From the NCBI GenBank assembly GCA_030615855.1, contig JAUWYL010000001.1, positions 53,850-117,849 of the forward strand: DNA of 64,000 nucleotides. Reading direction: 5' to 3'. Of the stretch, positions 8,748 through 19,152 are shown piece by piece (positions within the stretch are counted from its first letter, which is position 1; every line of letters begins with the position of its first letter). The position numbers were made by a program, and so were the translations under genes. The notes under the pieces were generated by a model that had not been told where the DNA came from, did not search any database, and saw only the letters and a program-made list of their open reading frames with translations. The DNA comes from a bacterium. GTDB lineage: Bacteria > UBP18 > UBA7526.

Positions 8748-10027
8748 AAAAGATTAATATTGGACTGATTGGCTTTGGCACCGTAGGAAGTTCTGTGGTA
8801 AAAATTCTCAAAGAGAGAAAGGAACTCATCAAAAGGAAGTTGGGCGCTGAGTTAGTCATCAAGAGGATTGTCGATAAGGATATCTCTACCCCAAGGAAAG
8901 TAAAAGTGCCCGCCAAAATATTAACCAAGAGAATAAATGATGTCCTAAATGATCCGGAAATAGATATAGTCATTGAATTGATCGGTGACTCTCCCGTAGC
9001 AGAGAAAATCATCATGGGAGCGATCAAGAGGGGTAAGCCAATAGTAACAGCGAACAAGGCCCTCTTGGCAAAGAAGGGAAGGAGAATCTTTAAGGAGGCA
9101 GAAAGGAAGGGAGTGGAGATCTATTTTGAAGCGAGTGTAGGGGGTGGTATCCCCATCATCAAGGCCCTAAGGGAGGGCCTGGCGGCAAATAGGATCTCCT
9201 CTCTCTTCGGGATCATCAATGGCACAGCGAATTACATTCTCTCTGGAATGAGCCACTATGGATCGAGCTTCAAGGAGGCCCTGAGGGACGCCCGGGCCAA
9301 GGGCTATGCGGAAAGGGACCCTTCTTTAGATGTAGAGGGGATAGACTCTGCCCATAAGTTGACCATTCTCTCTACTTTGGCCTTCGAGGGTTTCGTAGAC
9401 TTAAAGGATATCTATAGGGAAGGTATTACGAAGATCACTTCTCAAGATATTCAATATGCCAAGGAGTTCGGCTATGTTGTGAAGCTACTGGCCATTGCCA
9501 AGGAGAGCAACGGTTCTTTAGAGGCCAGGGTTCATCCCACCATGATCCCCCAAGAGCATCTCCTGGCAGCGGTGGATGGGGCCTATAATGCCATCTATGT
9601 AAGAGGAGATCTCATAGGGAGGAGTATGTTCTACGGAAGAGGAGCAGGAGGATTTCCCGCAGCGAGTGCTGTAGTAGCGGACATCATGGATCTGGTCAAG
9701 TCAGGCGGCCGATTCCTATCCTCTAACTTCAGCAAGGGGCCTTTGAAGATTAAGAATATGGGGGAGGTGGAGACAAGATACTACATTCATTTTACAACCG
9801 TTGACCGACCGGGTGTCCTAGCTTCCATCTCTGGGATCCTGGCGAAACACAGGATTTCTATAGCCAGTGTCATCCAGAAAGAGAGGCGGGAGAAAGGGAA
9901 GGTGCCCATCGTTATGATGACTCATGAGGCCAAAGAGTCCTCAATCCAGAAGGCCTTAAGAGAGATCGATCGACTGAAGGTAGTGAAGGCGAAGTCCATG
10001 CTCATCCGGGTAGAAGGGGAACTCTAA
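8744..10027 (+). CDS. hom: Homoserine dehydrogenase with ACT domain
   Basis: GFGTVG, FEASVGGGIP, NGTANYIL, GYAE.DP. Confidence 0.95.
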   Translation: MKKINIGLIGFGTVGSSVVKILKERKELIKRKLGAELVIKRIVDKDISTPRKVKVPAKILTKRINDVLNDPEIDIVIELIGDSPVAEKIIMGAIKRGKPIVTANKALLAKKGRRIFKEAERKGVEIYFEASVGGGIPIIKALREGLAANRISSLFGIINGTANYILSGMSHYGSSFKEALRDARAKGYAERDPSLDVEGIDSAHKLTILSTLAFEGFVDLKDIYREGITKITSQDIQYAKEFGYVVKLLAIAKESNGSLEARVHPTMIPQEHLLAAVDGAYNAIYVRGDLIGRSMFYGRGAGGFPAASAVVADIMDLVKSGGRFLSSNFSKGPLKIKNMGEVETRYYIHFTTVDRPGVLASISGILAKHRISIASVIQKERREKGKVPIVMMTHEAKESSIQKALREIDRLKVVKAKSMLIRVEGEL

Positions 10028-11104
10028 GTGGGAGTGATTGAAAGGTACCGGGATTATCTGCCAATAACAGAGAAGACACCGGTCGTTACCTTAGACGAAG
10101 GGAATACCCCTTTAATTAAGGCTCAGAGTTTAAATAAATCCCTGGGATTAGAGATCTATCTCAAGTATGAGGGGGTAAACCCCACAGGTTCCTTTAAGGA
10201 TCGGGGAATGACGGTTGCTGTCTCTAAAGCAAAGGAGGAGGGAGCAAAGGCGGTGATGTGCGCCTCCACGGGTAATACCGCGGCCTCTGCTGCCTCCTAT
10301 GCTTCTCGAGCGAACTTGGACTGCATTGTCTTGATTCCCAAGGGAGCCATTGCCCTGGGCAAGCTTGCCCAGGCCCTGATGCATGGGGCAAGGGTGATTG
10401 CCATTGAAGGGAACTTCGATCAGGCCCTGAAACTTGCCCGGGAGATAACAGAGAAATACCCCATAAAACTGGTCAACTCCATAAACCCCTACCGCATTGA
10501 AGGACAGAAGACAGCGGCCTTCGAGATCTGTGATGAGTTGGGGAAAGCGCCAGACTATCAGGTAATGCCGGTAGGGAACGCGGGGAATATTACTGCCTAC
10601 TGGAAGGGGTATAAGGAATATAAAGAAAAGGGGAAGATTAAATCTCTACCGAAGATGCTTGGCTTCCAAGCGGCTGGCGCCGCTCCCATTGTTGAGGGAA
10701 AGATGGTTGAGAAACCGGAGACCATTGCCACGGCAATAAGGATCGGTAACCCTGCTTCTTGGAAGAAAGCGGAGGAAGCCCGGGATGAATCCGGAGGGCT
10801 AATAGATAAAGTAACGGATGAAGAGATCCTTGATGCCTACAGGCTAATCGCTTCTCAGGAGGGGATATTCGTGGAGCCGGCCTCTGCGGCCTCGGTCGCT
10901 GGCCTGCTCAAACTTCATAGACAAGGATACTTCAAAGAAGAACTTCACCGATCACCGATCACCGATCACCGATCACAGCCATTAGTGGTCTGCATCTTGA
11001 CTGGTCATGGACTGAAGGATCCAGATAGGGCCATTGCCCAAGCTGTAAAACCAAAGGTCCTCCCCCCAACATTGGAAGCAGTAGTGAAGGAATTAGGCTA
11101 TTAG
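10028..11104 (+). CDS. thrC: Threonine synthase
   Basis: [31 protein letters not shown]; heptamer insert at 10945-10978. Confidence 0.95.
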   Translation: MGVIERYRDYLPITEKTPVVTLDEGNTPLIKAQSLNKSLGLEIYLKYEGVNPTGSFKDRGMTVAVSKAKEEGAKAVMCASTGNTAASAASYASRANLDCIVLIPKGAIALGKLAQALMHGARVIAIEGNFDQALKLAREITEKYPIKLVNSINPYRIEGQKTAAFEICDELGKAPDYQVMPVGNAGNITAYWKGYKEYKEKGKIKSLPKMLGFQAAGAAPIVEGKMVEKPETIATAIRIGNPASWKKAEEARDESGGLIDKVTDEEILDAYRLIASQEGIFVEPASAASVAGLLKLHRQGYFKEELHRSPITDHRSQPLVVCILTGHGLKDPDRAIAQAVKPKVLPPTLEAVVKELGY

Positions 11105-11116
11105 CAGAACATAGGA

Positions 11117-11251
11117 GGTTTACGGTTCACGGTGTACGGTTTACGGTAAAAAAACGGTAAACGGCAAACAGTCCCGACGGATGTCGGGACGGGCAAATTG
11201 AATAGTAGCTATTCACCAGCGGGGTAAGTAAAACGCACCGCTCAACCGTAA
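11117..11251 (+). repeat. Composite repeat (GGTTTAC arms plus 56-bp conserved structured core), copy 1 of 3
   Basis: Core GGGCAAATTGAATAG...CACCGCTCAAC at 11191-11246, also at 43492-43547 and 63935-63990. Confidence 0.85.
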
Positions 11252-11267
11252 GCGACATGGAGAAGAC

Positions 11268-12197
11268 ATGGTAAGAGTTAGGGTGCCGGCGACTACAGCA
11301 AATTTGGGACCAGGCTACGATGTTCTGGGCTTGGCACTTAAATTATATAACTTCATAGAGATGGAGAAGTCAGACAAACTCTCCATCGAGATTGAAGGGG
11401 CAGGAACGGACTCCCTCCCTAAGGATGAGTCTAATATCGCCTACCAAGCAGCCCAAGAAACCTTTAAAACCGTAAACGGCGGGCACCCCGACAGACGTCG
11501 GGGTCGGTTAACCGTAAACCTAAAACTCATCAATAACATTCCCTTAGCGAGGGGATTGGGAAGTTCTGCTGCGGCACGCATCGGAGCCTTGGTGGCCGCC
11601 AATAGATTGATAGGAGATAAATTATCTCAAGATGAGATCCTCAAAATAGCGGCAAGATTGGAGGGTCATCCGGATAACGTAGTCCCTGCTTTAGTGGGGG
11701 GATTGACAGTTGCTGCCTTAACAGGCGATAAGGTTAGATTTTTAAGATTTTCCAAGGTGCGAAATGATTTGAAGATAGTGGTTGCCATTCCTGATTTCAA
11801 AGTCTCAACTATTGAGGCCCGTAAGGTCTTGCCAAAAAATTTTAGTCTGATAGATGTAGTTACCACTTCGAGTAGTATTCTTTTCACGACTGCAATTCTG
11901 ACTGGGGAAGGTAGTCCAGAATTATTAGATGAGAGCATGCAAGACCGAATTCACCAGCCTTATCGCAAAAAACTTATTCCGGCAATGGACGAGGTTTTTA
12001 ATGCGGCTCGTAAGGCTGGCGCTCAAGGTGTGGCTTTAAGTGGTTCTGGCTCTACCATCGCGGCCTTCTCTATTGGAAATAGTGAAGAAAAAAATAAAGA
12101 AATAGGCCAGGCCATGGTCAGTACTTTTCAGAAGGCAGGTCACGAAAGTCATTATAAGATCTTAGATATCGATCGCGAAGGTGCAGTATGCCTTTAA
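11268..12197 (+). CDS. thrB: Homoserine kinase
   Basis: [35 protein letters not shown]; insert at 11467-11520. Confidence 0.95.
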   Translation: MVRVRVPATTANLGPGYDVLGLALKLYNFIEMEKSDKLSIEIEGAGTDSLPKDESNIAYQAAQETFKTVNGGHPDRRRGRLTVNLKLINNIPLARGLGSSAAARIGALVAANRLIGDKLSQDEILKIAARLEGHPDNVVPALVGGLTVAALTGDKVRFLRFSKVRNDLKIVVAIPDFKVSTIEARKVLPKNFSLIDVVTTSSSILFTTAILTGEGSPELLDESMQDRIHQPYRKKLIPAMDEVFNAARKAGAQGVALSGSGSTIAAFSIGNSEEKNKEIGQAMVSTFQKAGHESHYKILDIDREGAVCL

Positions 12198-13432
12198 TTG
12201 TTCAAAAATATGGAGGGTCATCAGTCGCTGATGTCGGGAAGATTAAGAATGTAGCCAAGAGGGTTAAGAGGACCGCGAAGAAGGGAAATAAGGTGGTGGT
12301 GGTTGTCTCCGCCCCAGGCGATACCACAGACCGCCTCCTCTCCTCCGCCTATGAGATAACTGCCCATCCCTCGGAAAGAGAAGTGGATATGCTCCTGGCT
12401 ACGGGAGAGCAGATTTCTATCTCTCTCTTAACTATGGCCCTGCATTCTTTAGGCTGTCCGGCCATCTCCTTCACTGGCCCCCAAGTCAGGATCCTCACCG
12501 ATATGGCACATACCAAAGCCAGGATCCTCTCCATAGATACTGAAAGGATAAAGGATGAATTAAAGAAGGGGAAGGTGGTAGTGGTTGCTGGCTTTCAGGG
12601 GATAAGTCGGGAGGAGGATATCACTACCCTGGGTCGGGGAGGAAGCGATACCACGGCCGTTGCCCTGGCTGCCAGCCTGAAAGCCGCCTCCTGCGAGATA
12701 TATACCGATGTGGAGGGAATCTATACTGCAGATCCCAGAATGGTTCCTTCTGCTGAGAGACTGAAGAAGATTTCCTATGATGAGATGCTGGAACTTTCGT
12801 CTCTGGGAGCAAAGGTAATGCAGCTACGGAGCGTGGAATTGGCCAAGAGATATAATGTGAAGTTACATGTTCGCCCAAGTTTTACTAATAAGGAGGGAAC
12901 CATGATTACCAAGAAGAGGCTCCGCCCCAGAGGGGCTCTGCCCCGGAGGGGCCTGGAGGCCCCGGAGGTCTGCGGGGTCACCTATGATAAGAATCAGGCG
13001 AAGATCACCATTCAGAGTGTTCCTGATAGGCCGGGGATTGCCTCTGTTATTTTTAGTAAGATAGCAAAGAAAAACATCAATGTCGATATGATCATCCAAT
13101 CTGCCAGTCTCAAGGGTTTAACAGATGTCTCCTTTACGGTAGCAGGAACTGATCTGAAAAAGGCCCTTCCCGCTATCAAGGAAATAGCAAGAAGAATAAA
13201 AGCCAGGGGAGTGGCCTCAAGCAAGGAAGTGGCCAAGGTCTCTATTGTGGGAGTGGGAATGAGGTCCCATCCCGGAGTGGCCGCCAGGATGTTCTCCTGC
13301 TTAGCAAAAAAGGGAATAAATATTGAGATGATTTCAACCAGTGAGATAAAGATCTCCTGTGTCATTGGGGAAAAAGAGGTCAAGAAAGCAGTGAGGTCAT
13401 TACATAAGGAATTCGGTTTAGGAAGGAGTTAA
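12188..13432 (+). CDS. lysC: Aspartate kinase
   Basis: [27 protein letters not shown], two ACT domains. Confidence 0.95.
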   Translation: MPLIVQKYGGSSVADVGKIKNVAKRVKRTAKKGNKVVVVVSAPGDTTDRLLSSAYEITAHPSEREVDMLLATGEQISISLLTMALHSLGCPAISFTGPQVRILTDMAHTKARILSIDTERIKDELKKGKVVVVAGFQGISREEDITTLGRGGSDTTAVALAASLKAASCEIYTDVEGIYTADPRMVPSAERLKKISYDEMLELSSLGAKVMQLRSVELAKRYNVKLHVRPSFTNKEGTMITKKRLRPRGALPRRGLEAPEVCGVTYDKNQAKITIQSVPDRPGIASVIFSKIAKKNINVDMIIQSASLKGLTDVSFTVAGTDLKKALPAIKEIARRIKARGVASSKEVAKVSIVGVGMRSHPGVAARMFSCLAKKGINIEMISTSEIKISCVIGEKEVKKAVRSLHKEFGLGRS

Positions 13433-13435
13433 GAG

Positions 13436-15004
13436 ATGACTAAGGTGAGAATCTACGATACCACATTGAGGGACGGCGCCCAGGCAGAGGGAATCTCCTT
13501 CTCCTTAGACGATAAGGTGCGTATCGCTCAGAGGCTGGATGAACTTGGAATCCATTACATTGAGGGAGGTTGGCCGGGCTCCAATCCCAAGGACATAAAG
13601 TTCTTCCAGAGGATGAAGAGGATGAGACTGAAGAATGCTAAACTTACTGCTTTCGGCTCTACCAGAAGAGCGAAATATCCTGCGGGGAAGGATCCCAATA
13701 TCAGAGCCCTCTTAAAATCGGGAACCAAGGTGGTCTGTATTTTTGGGAAGAGCTGGGACCTCCATGTAAGGATTGCCCTGGGGGTCTCTTTAGAGAAGAA
13801 CCTCGAGCTAATTGAAGATTCTGTCTCTTATCTAAAGAAAAAGAAGAAGGAAGTAATCTACGATGCTGAGCACTTCTTCGATGGCTATAAGGATGATCCT
13901 TCCTATGCCTTTAAAACCTTGGAAGCGGCCCAAAGGGCGGGAGCGGACTGGATCGTCTTATGTGATACCAATGGAGGAACCCTTCCTTTTGAACTATCAA
14001 AGATCATGCGTGAAGTAAGGAAAAAGATTAAAGTTCCTCTGGGCATCCATGCCCATAACGATTCCGGCCTTGCTGTAGCCAATACCCTGACTGCAGTCCA
14101 GGAGGGTGCACTCCAGGTTCAGGGGACGATAAATGGTTTGGGGGAGAGATGTGGGAATGTAAACCTTTGTTCCGTGATACCGAACCTTCAGATAAAGATG
14201 GGGATGGAGTGTATCAAGAAGAAGCAGCTGGCAAGGCTGACCGAAGTCTCAAGGTATGTAGCAGAGCTTGCCAACCTACCTCATGATGAGAGGCAGCCCT
14301 TCGTAGGAAACTCCTCCTTTGCCCATAAGGGAGGGATACATGTGAGCGCAGTGAAGAAGGACCCCAGGACCTACGAGCACATCCTGCCAGAGCTGGTGGG
14401 GAACCATAGAAGGATATTGGTCAGTGAATTAGCAGGAAGGAGTAACATTCTCTACAAAGCAAAGGAGTATGGCCTGGATCTGGAGAAGAAGACCCCTCAG
14501 ACAGTGAAGGTCTTAAAAGACTTAAAGAGGCTTGAAGACGAAGGCTATCAGTTCGAGGGGGCGGAGGGCTCCTTCGAACTCCTGATGAAAAAGGCCCTGG
14601 GAAAGTATAAAAGCCTATTTGACTTAGAGGGTTTCCGGGTCACGGTGGAGAAGAGAAAGGATGGAACCTTAAATTGTGAGGCAACCATAAAGGTGAAGGT
14701 GGAAGGGATTGAAGAGCATACCGCAGCAGAGGGGAACGGCCCCATAAACGCTTTAGACAACGCCTTGAGAAAGGCGCTGGAGGAGTTTTATCCCTCTCTA
14801 AAAAATGTTCGCCTTACGGACTATAAGGTGAGAGTTCTGGATGTTAAGGCAGGGACCGCTGCTCCAGTGAGGGTCCTTGTGGAGGCCAGAGATAAAAAGG
14901 AGAGATGGGGAACGGTTGGAGTATCCACCAATATCATTGAGGCCTCCTGGCAGGCTCTGGTCGATAGTCTGGAGTATAAACTCCTCAAGAAACATAGAAA
15001 ATAA
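13436..15004 (+). CDS. cimA: Citramalate synthase
   Basis: [41 protein letters not shown]. Confidence 0.9.
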   Translation: MTKVRIYDTTLRDGAQAEGISFSLDDKVRIAQRLDELGIHYIEGGWPGSNPKDIKFFQRMKRMRLKNAKLTAFGSTRRAKYPAGKDPNIRALLKSGTKVVCIFGKSWDLHVRIALGVSLEKNLELIEDSVSYLKKKKKEVIYDAEHFFDGYKDDPSYAFKTLEAAQRAGADWIVLCDTNGGTLPFELSKIMREVRKKIKVPLGIHAHNDSGLAVANTLTAVQEGALQVQGTINGLGERCGNVNLCSVIPNLQIKMGMECIKKKQLARLTEVSRYVAELANLPHDERQPFVGNSSFAHKGGIHVSAVKKDPRTYEHILPELVGNHRRILVSELAGRSNILYKAKEYGLDLEKKTPQTVKVLKDLKRLEDEGYQFEGAEGSFELLMKKALGKYKSLFDLEGFRVTVEKRKDGTLNCEATIKVKVEGIEEHTAAEGNGPINALDNALRKALEEFYPSLKNVRLTDYKVRVLDVKAGTAAPVRVLVEARDKKERWGTVGVSTNIIEASWQALVDSLEYKLLKKHRK

Positions 15005-15250
15005 CAGATTTGTAGATTATCAGAACATCAGACTATCAGAATGAGAATTCAGAACATCAGAATACCGGGATGAGGGTGAGTCGTGGGTTGTGAGTCGGGT
15101 TGTGCGGATGGGTTGTGGGGTCTTTTTGCCTCACCCTCACTACTCACAACCTAACCCACTACTCACTACCCATCCCTACCCTTAATCAATCTGGCCTTCT
15201 GATATCTGACCTTCTCCATCTGATGTTCTGATAATCTGATATTCTTTTAT
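15005..15250. repeat. Nested inverted microsatellite arrays
   Basis: Outer ATCAGAAC.../...TTCTGAT arms enclosing inner GGGTTGTGAG.../...CTCACAACC arms. Confidence 0.75.
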
Positions 15251-15264
15251 AATGTGGTGATTAT

Positions 15265-16188
15265 ATGCCCCAGGGGACGCTACTTCTAATCTCAAGGACT
15301 ATCCTGCCCATCTTTACTATCGTAGGGGTGGGTTTTTTATTCTCGCGCGTTACAAGACTCAAACTCGATCCCTTAATCGATATCATCATCTATATCACCA
15401 CCCCCTGCCTGGTCTTCACCTCCATGATAAATAAAGAGTTTGTAGCACGAGAGTTTTTGAACATTGCTTTTGGGGCTTTTTTTGTCATGTTGTGTGGAGG
15501 GCTTCTTATCTTCCTCTTTTCCAAGATAAGGAGATTCGACCCCCGGCCCTTCTACCTTCCCATCATGTTCCCCAATACCGGGAATATGGGCCTCTCCGTC
15601 TCCCTCTTCGCCTTTGGAATAATAGGCCTCTCCAAAGGAATAATCTACTATGTTGCCTCCTGCCTCCTCTTCTTCTCTCTAGGGATCTACCTCTTAAGTA
15701 GGAAGTCGGGAATAAAGAACACCCTTAAGATACCAGTAATCTATGCCGCAATCATGGGCATTATCTTGAGCCTCTATCGTGCTCCACTAGTTAGTCTTTT
15801 TAAGAATTATCCTCTATTCCTCGAGTTCCTAAGGATCGGAAAGAGGACCATTGAGATGGTGGCTCGGCCTACCATCCCTTTGATGCTTTTAATGCTCGGC
15901 TATAGACTCTCTAATACCAAGGTCACTTCCTTCAGACTTCCCCTTGCCTGCGCCTTAGCGAGGATAGTTATGGGCCTCTCGCTAGCACTTATCTTCGTAA
16001 ATCTCTTTAAGATAACTGGCCTGAATAGGGCGGTCATCATTCTTATCTCTTCTCTCTCCTCACCCGTTGCCAGTTTCATGTTCGCTCAGAAGTTTGATGC
16101 CGAACCAGAATTGGCCGCCTCTACTATACTCGTCAGTACCCTACTCATGATTGTTACCATACCTTTAGTTCTGGCATTCTTGTGTTAG
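15265..16188 (+). CDS. AEC (auxin efflux carrier) family transporter
   Basis: ~10 TM, FPNTGNMGL, PTIPLMLLMLG, terminal STLLMIVTIP. Confidence 0.85.
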   Translation: MPQGTLLLISRTILPIFTIVGVGFLFSRVTRLKLDPLIDIIIYITTPCLVFTSMINKEFVAREFLNIAFGAFFVMLCGGLLIFLFSKIRRFDPRPFYLPIMFPNTGNMGLSVSLFAFGIIGLSKGIIYYVASCLLFFSLGIYLLSRKSGIKNTLKIPVIYAAIMGIILSLYRAPLVSLFKNYPLFLEFLRIGKRTIEMVARPTIPLMLLMLGYRLSNTKVTSFRLPLACALARIVMGLSLALIFVNLFKITGLNRAVIILISSLSSPVASFMFAQKFDAEPELAASTILVSTLLMIVTIPLVLAFLC

Positions 16189-16197
16189 AGGAAATTA

Positions 16198-19080
16198 ATG
16201 GCTATACCGACTAGATATCAACCAAAAAAAGTTGAAGAGAAGTGGTATAAGTACTGGATGGATAAGGGCTACTTCCACGCCGAAGTAGATAGAAAGAGAA
16301 AGCCCTTTACCATGGTCATCCCTCCTCCCAATATTACTGGGTCCTTACATATGGGCCATGCCCTGAACAATACCCTACAGGATATTTTGATTAGATATAA
16401 GAGGATGAGAGGCTACAATGCCTGCTGGATCCCAGGAACCGACCATGCGGGAATCGCTACCCAGAATGTTGTAGAGAAGGAGCTACTGAAAGAGGGGAAG
16501 AGTAGGTTTAATCTGGGAAGAGAGAAGTTTGTAAAAAAGGTCTGGGAGTGGAAAGAGAAGTATGGGAATAGAATTATCGAGCAATTGAAGAGGTTAGGAT
16601 GCTCCTGCGACTGGGAAAGATTGAGATTCACCTTGGATAAGGGATGCTCAGAAGCAGTGACCGAGACCTTTGTCAGACTATACGGGAAGGGCCTAATCTA
16701 TAGGGACGAATACATTATAAACTGGTGTCCCAGGTGTCAGACTGCTTTATCTGATATTGAGGTGGAGCACGAAGAAGAGAAGGGCCACCTCTACTACATT
16801 AAATACTTCTTCAAGCCCAACCCACCTGCCCACTTGCCCACCTGCCCACCTGCTTTCATTACCGTGGCTACTACCAGGCCAGAGACTATGCTCGGCGATA
16901 CTGCGGTGGCGGTCAATCCCAGGGATAAGAGGTTTAAGAAACTAGTAGGCAAGACCCTGATCCTCCCCATCCTTAATAGAGAAATACCCCTAATCAGTGA
17001 TGAGTATGTTGATCCAGAGTTTGGTACTGGAGCAGTAAAGATCACCCCAGCCCATGACCCCCATGACTTTGAGATAGGAAGAAAGCATAAACTTCCTGAA
17101 GTAAGAGTCATAGGTACCTCTGCAAAGATGACTGAAAAGGCCGGGAAGTACGAGGGATTGGATAGGTATGAATGTAGAAAGAGGCTTCTGGAAGATTTAA
17201 AGAAAAAGGGCTATTTAGAGAAGAAAGAGGATTATTCTGTTCCTGTGGGAAGGTGTTATAGATGTTCTACACCTATTGAGCCTTTGATCTCTCTGCAGTG
17301 GTTCTTGAGAGTAGAGGAATTAGCAAAACCGGCCATCGAGGTAGTAGAGAAAGGAAAGATAAATTATATCCCTGAGCGCTGGAAGAAGGTCTATCTGGAT
17401 TGGATGGCGGGTCTGAAAGACTGGTGCCTTTCACGGCAGATATGGTGGGGACACCGAATTCCCGTTTATTACTGCAAGAGATGTTTGAAAGAAACGGGAA
17501 TTCGGAATGCAAAATTGGGATCAAAAGGGATCATTGTGGCGAGGAAGAGGCCGAAGGAATGCCCCAATTGTGGGAATAAAAATTTGGTTCAGGACCCAGA
17601 TGTCTTAGATACCTGGTTCTCCAGTGCTCTCTGGCCCTTCTCTACCTTCGGCTGGCCGAAGAAGACAAAGGATTTAGCATACTTCTATCCCACAAGTCTT
17701 TTAATTACTGGCCATGAAATCATCCACCTCTGGGTGGCGAGGATGATAAAGATGGGACTGAAATTAATGGACGATATACCTTTTAGCGAAGTTTACATCC
17801 ATGGTATTGTTCGGGACAAGAAGGGGAAGAAGATGAGTAAATCCTTGGGGAATGTTATCGATCCCTTAGACATTATTGCTGAATATGGAACGGATGCCCT
17901 TCGCTTTACCTTAGCCTCTTCCTGTGCTCAGGGGCAGGACTTACAGCTATTCGATGAGAAGTTCACTTCAAGTAGAAACTTCGCCAATAAGATATGGAAT
18001 GCCTTAAGATTCGTCCTCATGAACCTCAAAGATTTTCAACCGATCACCGCGGGCACCCCGACAGATGTCGGGGCCGGATCACCGATCACCGGTTTATCCC
18101 TGGCTGACCGCTGGATTCTCAGTAGATACAATAGAGTTGTCAAAGAGGTAACAGATTCCATTGAAAATTACAGGATAAGTGAAGCAGCCCAATCCCTATA
18201 CCAGTTTATCTGGCATGAGTTCTGCGACTGGTATCTGGAAATGATAAAGCCCAGACTCTACCAACAAGAAGAAGCTATCGAGCCATCAAGCAATCGAGCT
18301 ATCGGGACGGACAGACGGACAGACGGGCAGACGGACAGACGGACAGACCTATCGTCTAAAGAAGCGGTGCAGTATGTGATGTGGTATGTTCTGGAGGGAA
18401 CATTGAAACTTCTCCATCCCTTCATGCCCTTTATCACAGAAGAGATCTGGCAGGCGCTAAAGCGCCATACGCAGATGACCGCAGATATAAACCTGTCTGC
18501 CGAGGAGGCAGGCGCAGATGACCGCAGATTAGAAAGCATTATGATTAGTTCCTGGCCAGAAGTTGATAAGAAGAGAATAGATACTAAAATAGAGAAGGAG
18601 ATGGCCCTTGTTATAGAGGTCACTACTTCGATCAGGAATATTAGATCAGAGATGGGAATCGCTCCCCAGGAAAAGATAGGGGCCATTCTCAAGATAAGGA
18701 GGAAAGACCAGCTGAAGACTTTAGAGAAGAACGCCACTTATATCAGAAACCTCGCTCGGGTATCTAGGATAGAGATGGGTCCGGATGTCAAAAAGCCCAT
18801 CCCCTCTGCCAGTGCGGTAATCGGTGAGATTGAAGCCTGGGTCCCCCTTAAAGAATTGATCGATCTGGTGAAAGAAAGAGCGCGCCTGAAAAGGCAGATG
18901 GACAAGGTGGCAGGAGAACTAAGAAGGGCAAAAGGGAAATTGGAGAGCGAAGATTTTTTAAGTAAAGCCCCGGCAAGAGTAATTGCTAAAGAAAGGAAGA
19001 AGGAGGAAGAACTTAAGGAAAGATCCGAAAAGTTAAAAAAGAGCTTTAAAAGCCTGCAATCGCAAAAGCGCAAAAAATAA
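16198..19080 (+). CDS. valS: Valine--tRNA ligase
   Basis: PPPNITGSLHMGH, GTDHAGIATQ, WCLSRQIWWGH, KMSKS; several repeat-derived in-frame inserts. Confidence 0.97.
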   Translation: MAIPTRYQPKKVEEKWYKYWMDKGYFHAEVDRKRKPFTMVIPPPNITGSLHMGHALNNTLQDILIRYKRMRGYNACWIPGTDHAGIATQNVVEKELLKEGKSRFNLGREKFVKKVWEWKEKYGNRIIEQLKRLGCSCDWERLRFTLDKGCSEAVTETFVRLYGKGLIYRDEYIINWCPRCQTALSDIEVEHEEEKGHLYYIKYFFKPNPPAHLPTCPPAFITVATTRPETMLGDTAVAVNPRDKRFKKLVGKTLILPILNREIPLISDEYVDPEFGTGAVKITPAHDPHDFEIGRKHKLPEVRVIGTSAKMTEKAGKYEGLDRYECRKRLLEDLKKKGYLEKKEDYSVPVGRCYRCSTPIEPLISLQWFLRVEELAKPAIEVVEKGKINYIPERWKKVYLDWMAGLKDWCLSRQIWWGHRIPVYYCKRCLKETGIRNAKLGSKGIIVARKRPKECPNCGNKNLVQDPDVLDTWFSSALWPFSTFGWPKKTKDLAYFYPTSLLITGHEIIHLWVARMIKMGLKLMDDIPFSEVYIHGIVRDKKGKKMSKSLGNVIDPLDIIAEYGTDALRFTLASSCAQGQDLQLFDEKFTSSRNFANKIWNALRFVLMNLKDFQPITAGTPTDVGAGSPITGLSLADRWILSRYNRVVKEVTDSIENYRISEAAQSLYQFIWHEFCDWYLEMIKPRLYQQEEAIEPSSNRAIGTDRRTDGQTDRRTDLSSKEAVQYVMWYVLEGTLKLLHPFMPFITEEIWQALKRHTQMTADINLSAEEAGADDRRLESIMISSWPEVDKKRIDTKIEKEMALVIEVTTSIRNIRSEMGIAPQEKIGAILKIRRKDQLKTLEKNATYIRNLARVSRIEMGPDVKKPIPSASAVIGEIEAWVPLKELIDLVKERARLKRQMDKVAGELRRAKGKLESEDFLSKAPARVIAKERKKEEELKERSEKLKKSFKSLQSQKRKK

Positions 19081-19139
19081 CCACAAAAACGCAAAGATTT
19101 AGCGTTCTTCGCGAACCTTTGGCGGTCTTTGCGGTTGCA
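19055..19139. repeat. CGCAAA-based inverted element overlapping the valS 3' end
   Basis: TGCAATCGCAAA / TTTGCGGTTGCA inverted ends (11/12). Confidence 0.65.
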
Positions 19140-19152
19140 AGAGAGGTAATCC

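Noticed and set aside
11191-11246. c-di-GMP-I riboswitch (GGGCAAA ... AGCGGGG)
   Set aside because: Lacks the GACGCAAAG junction and P3 tetraloop receptor; occurs as near-identical copies inside repeat arms before unrelated genes.
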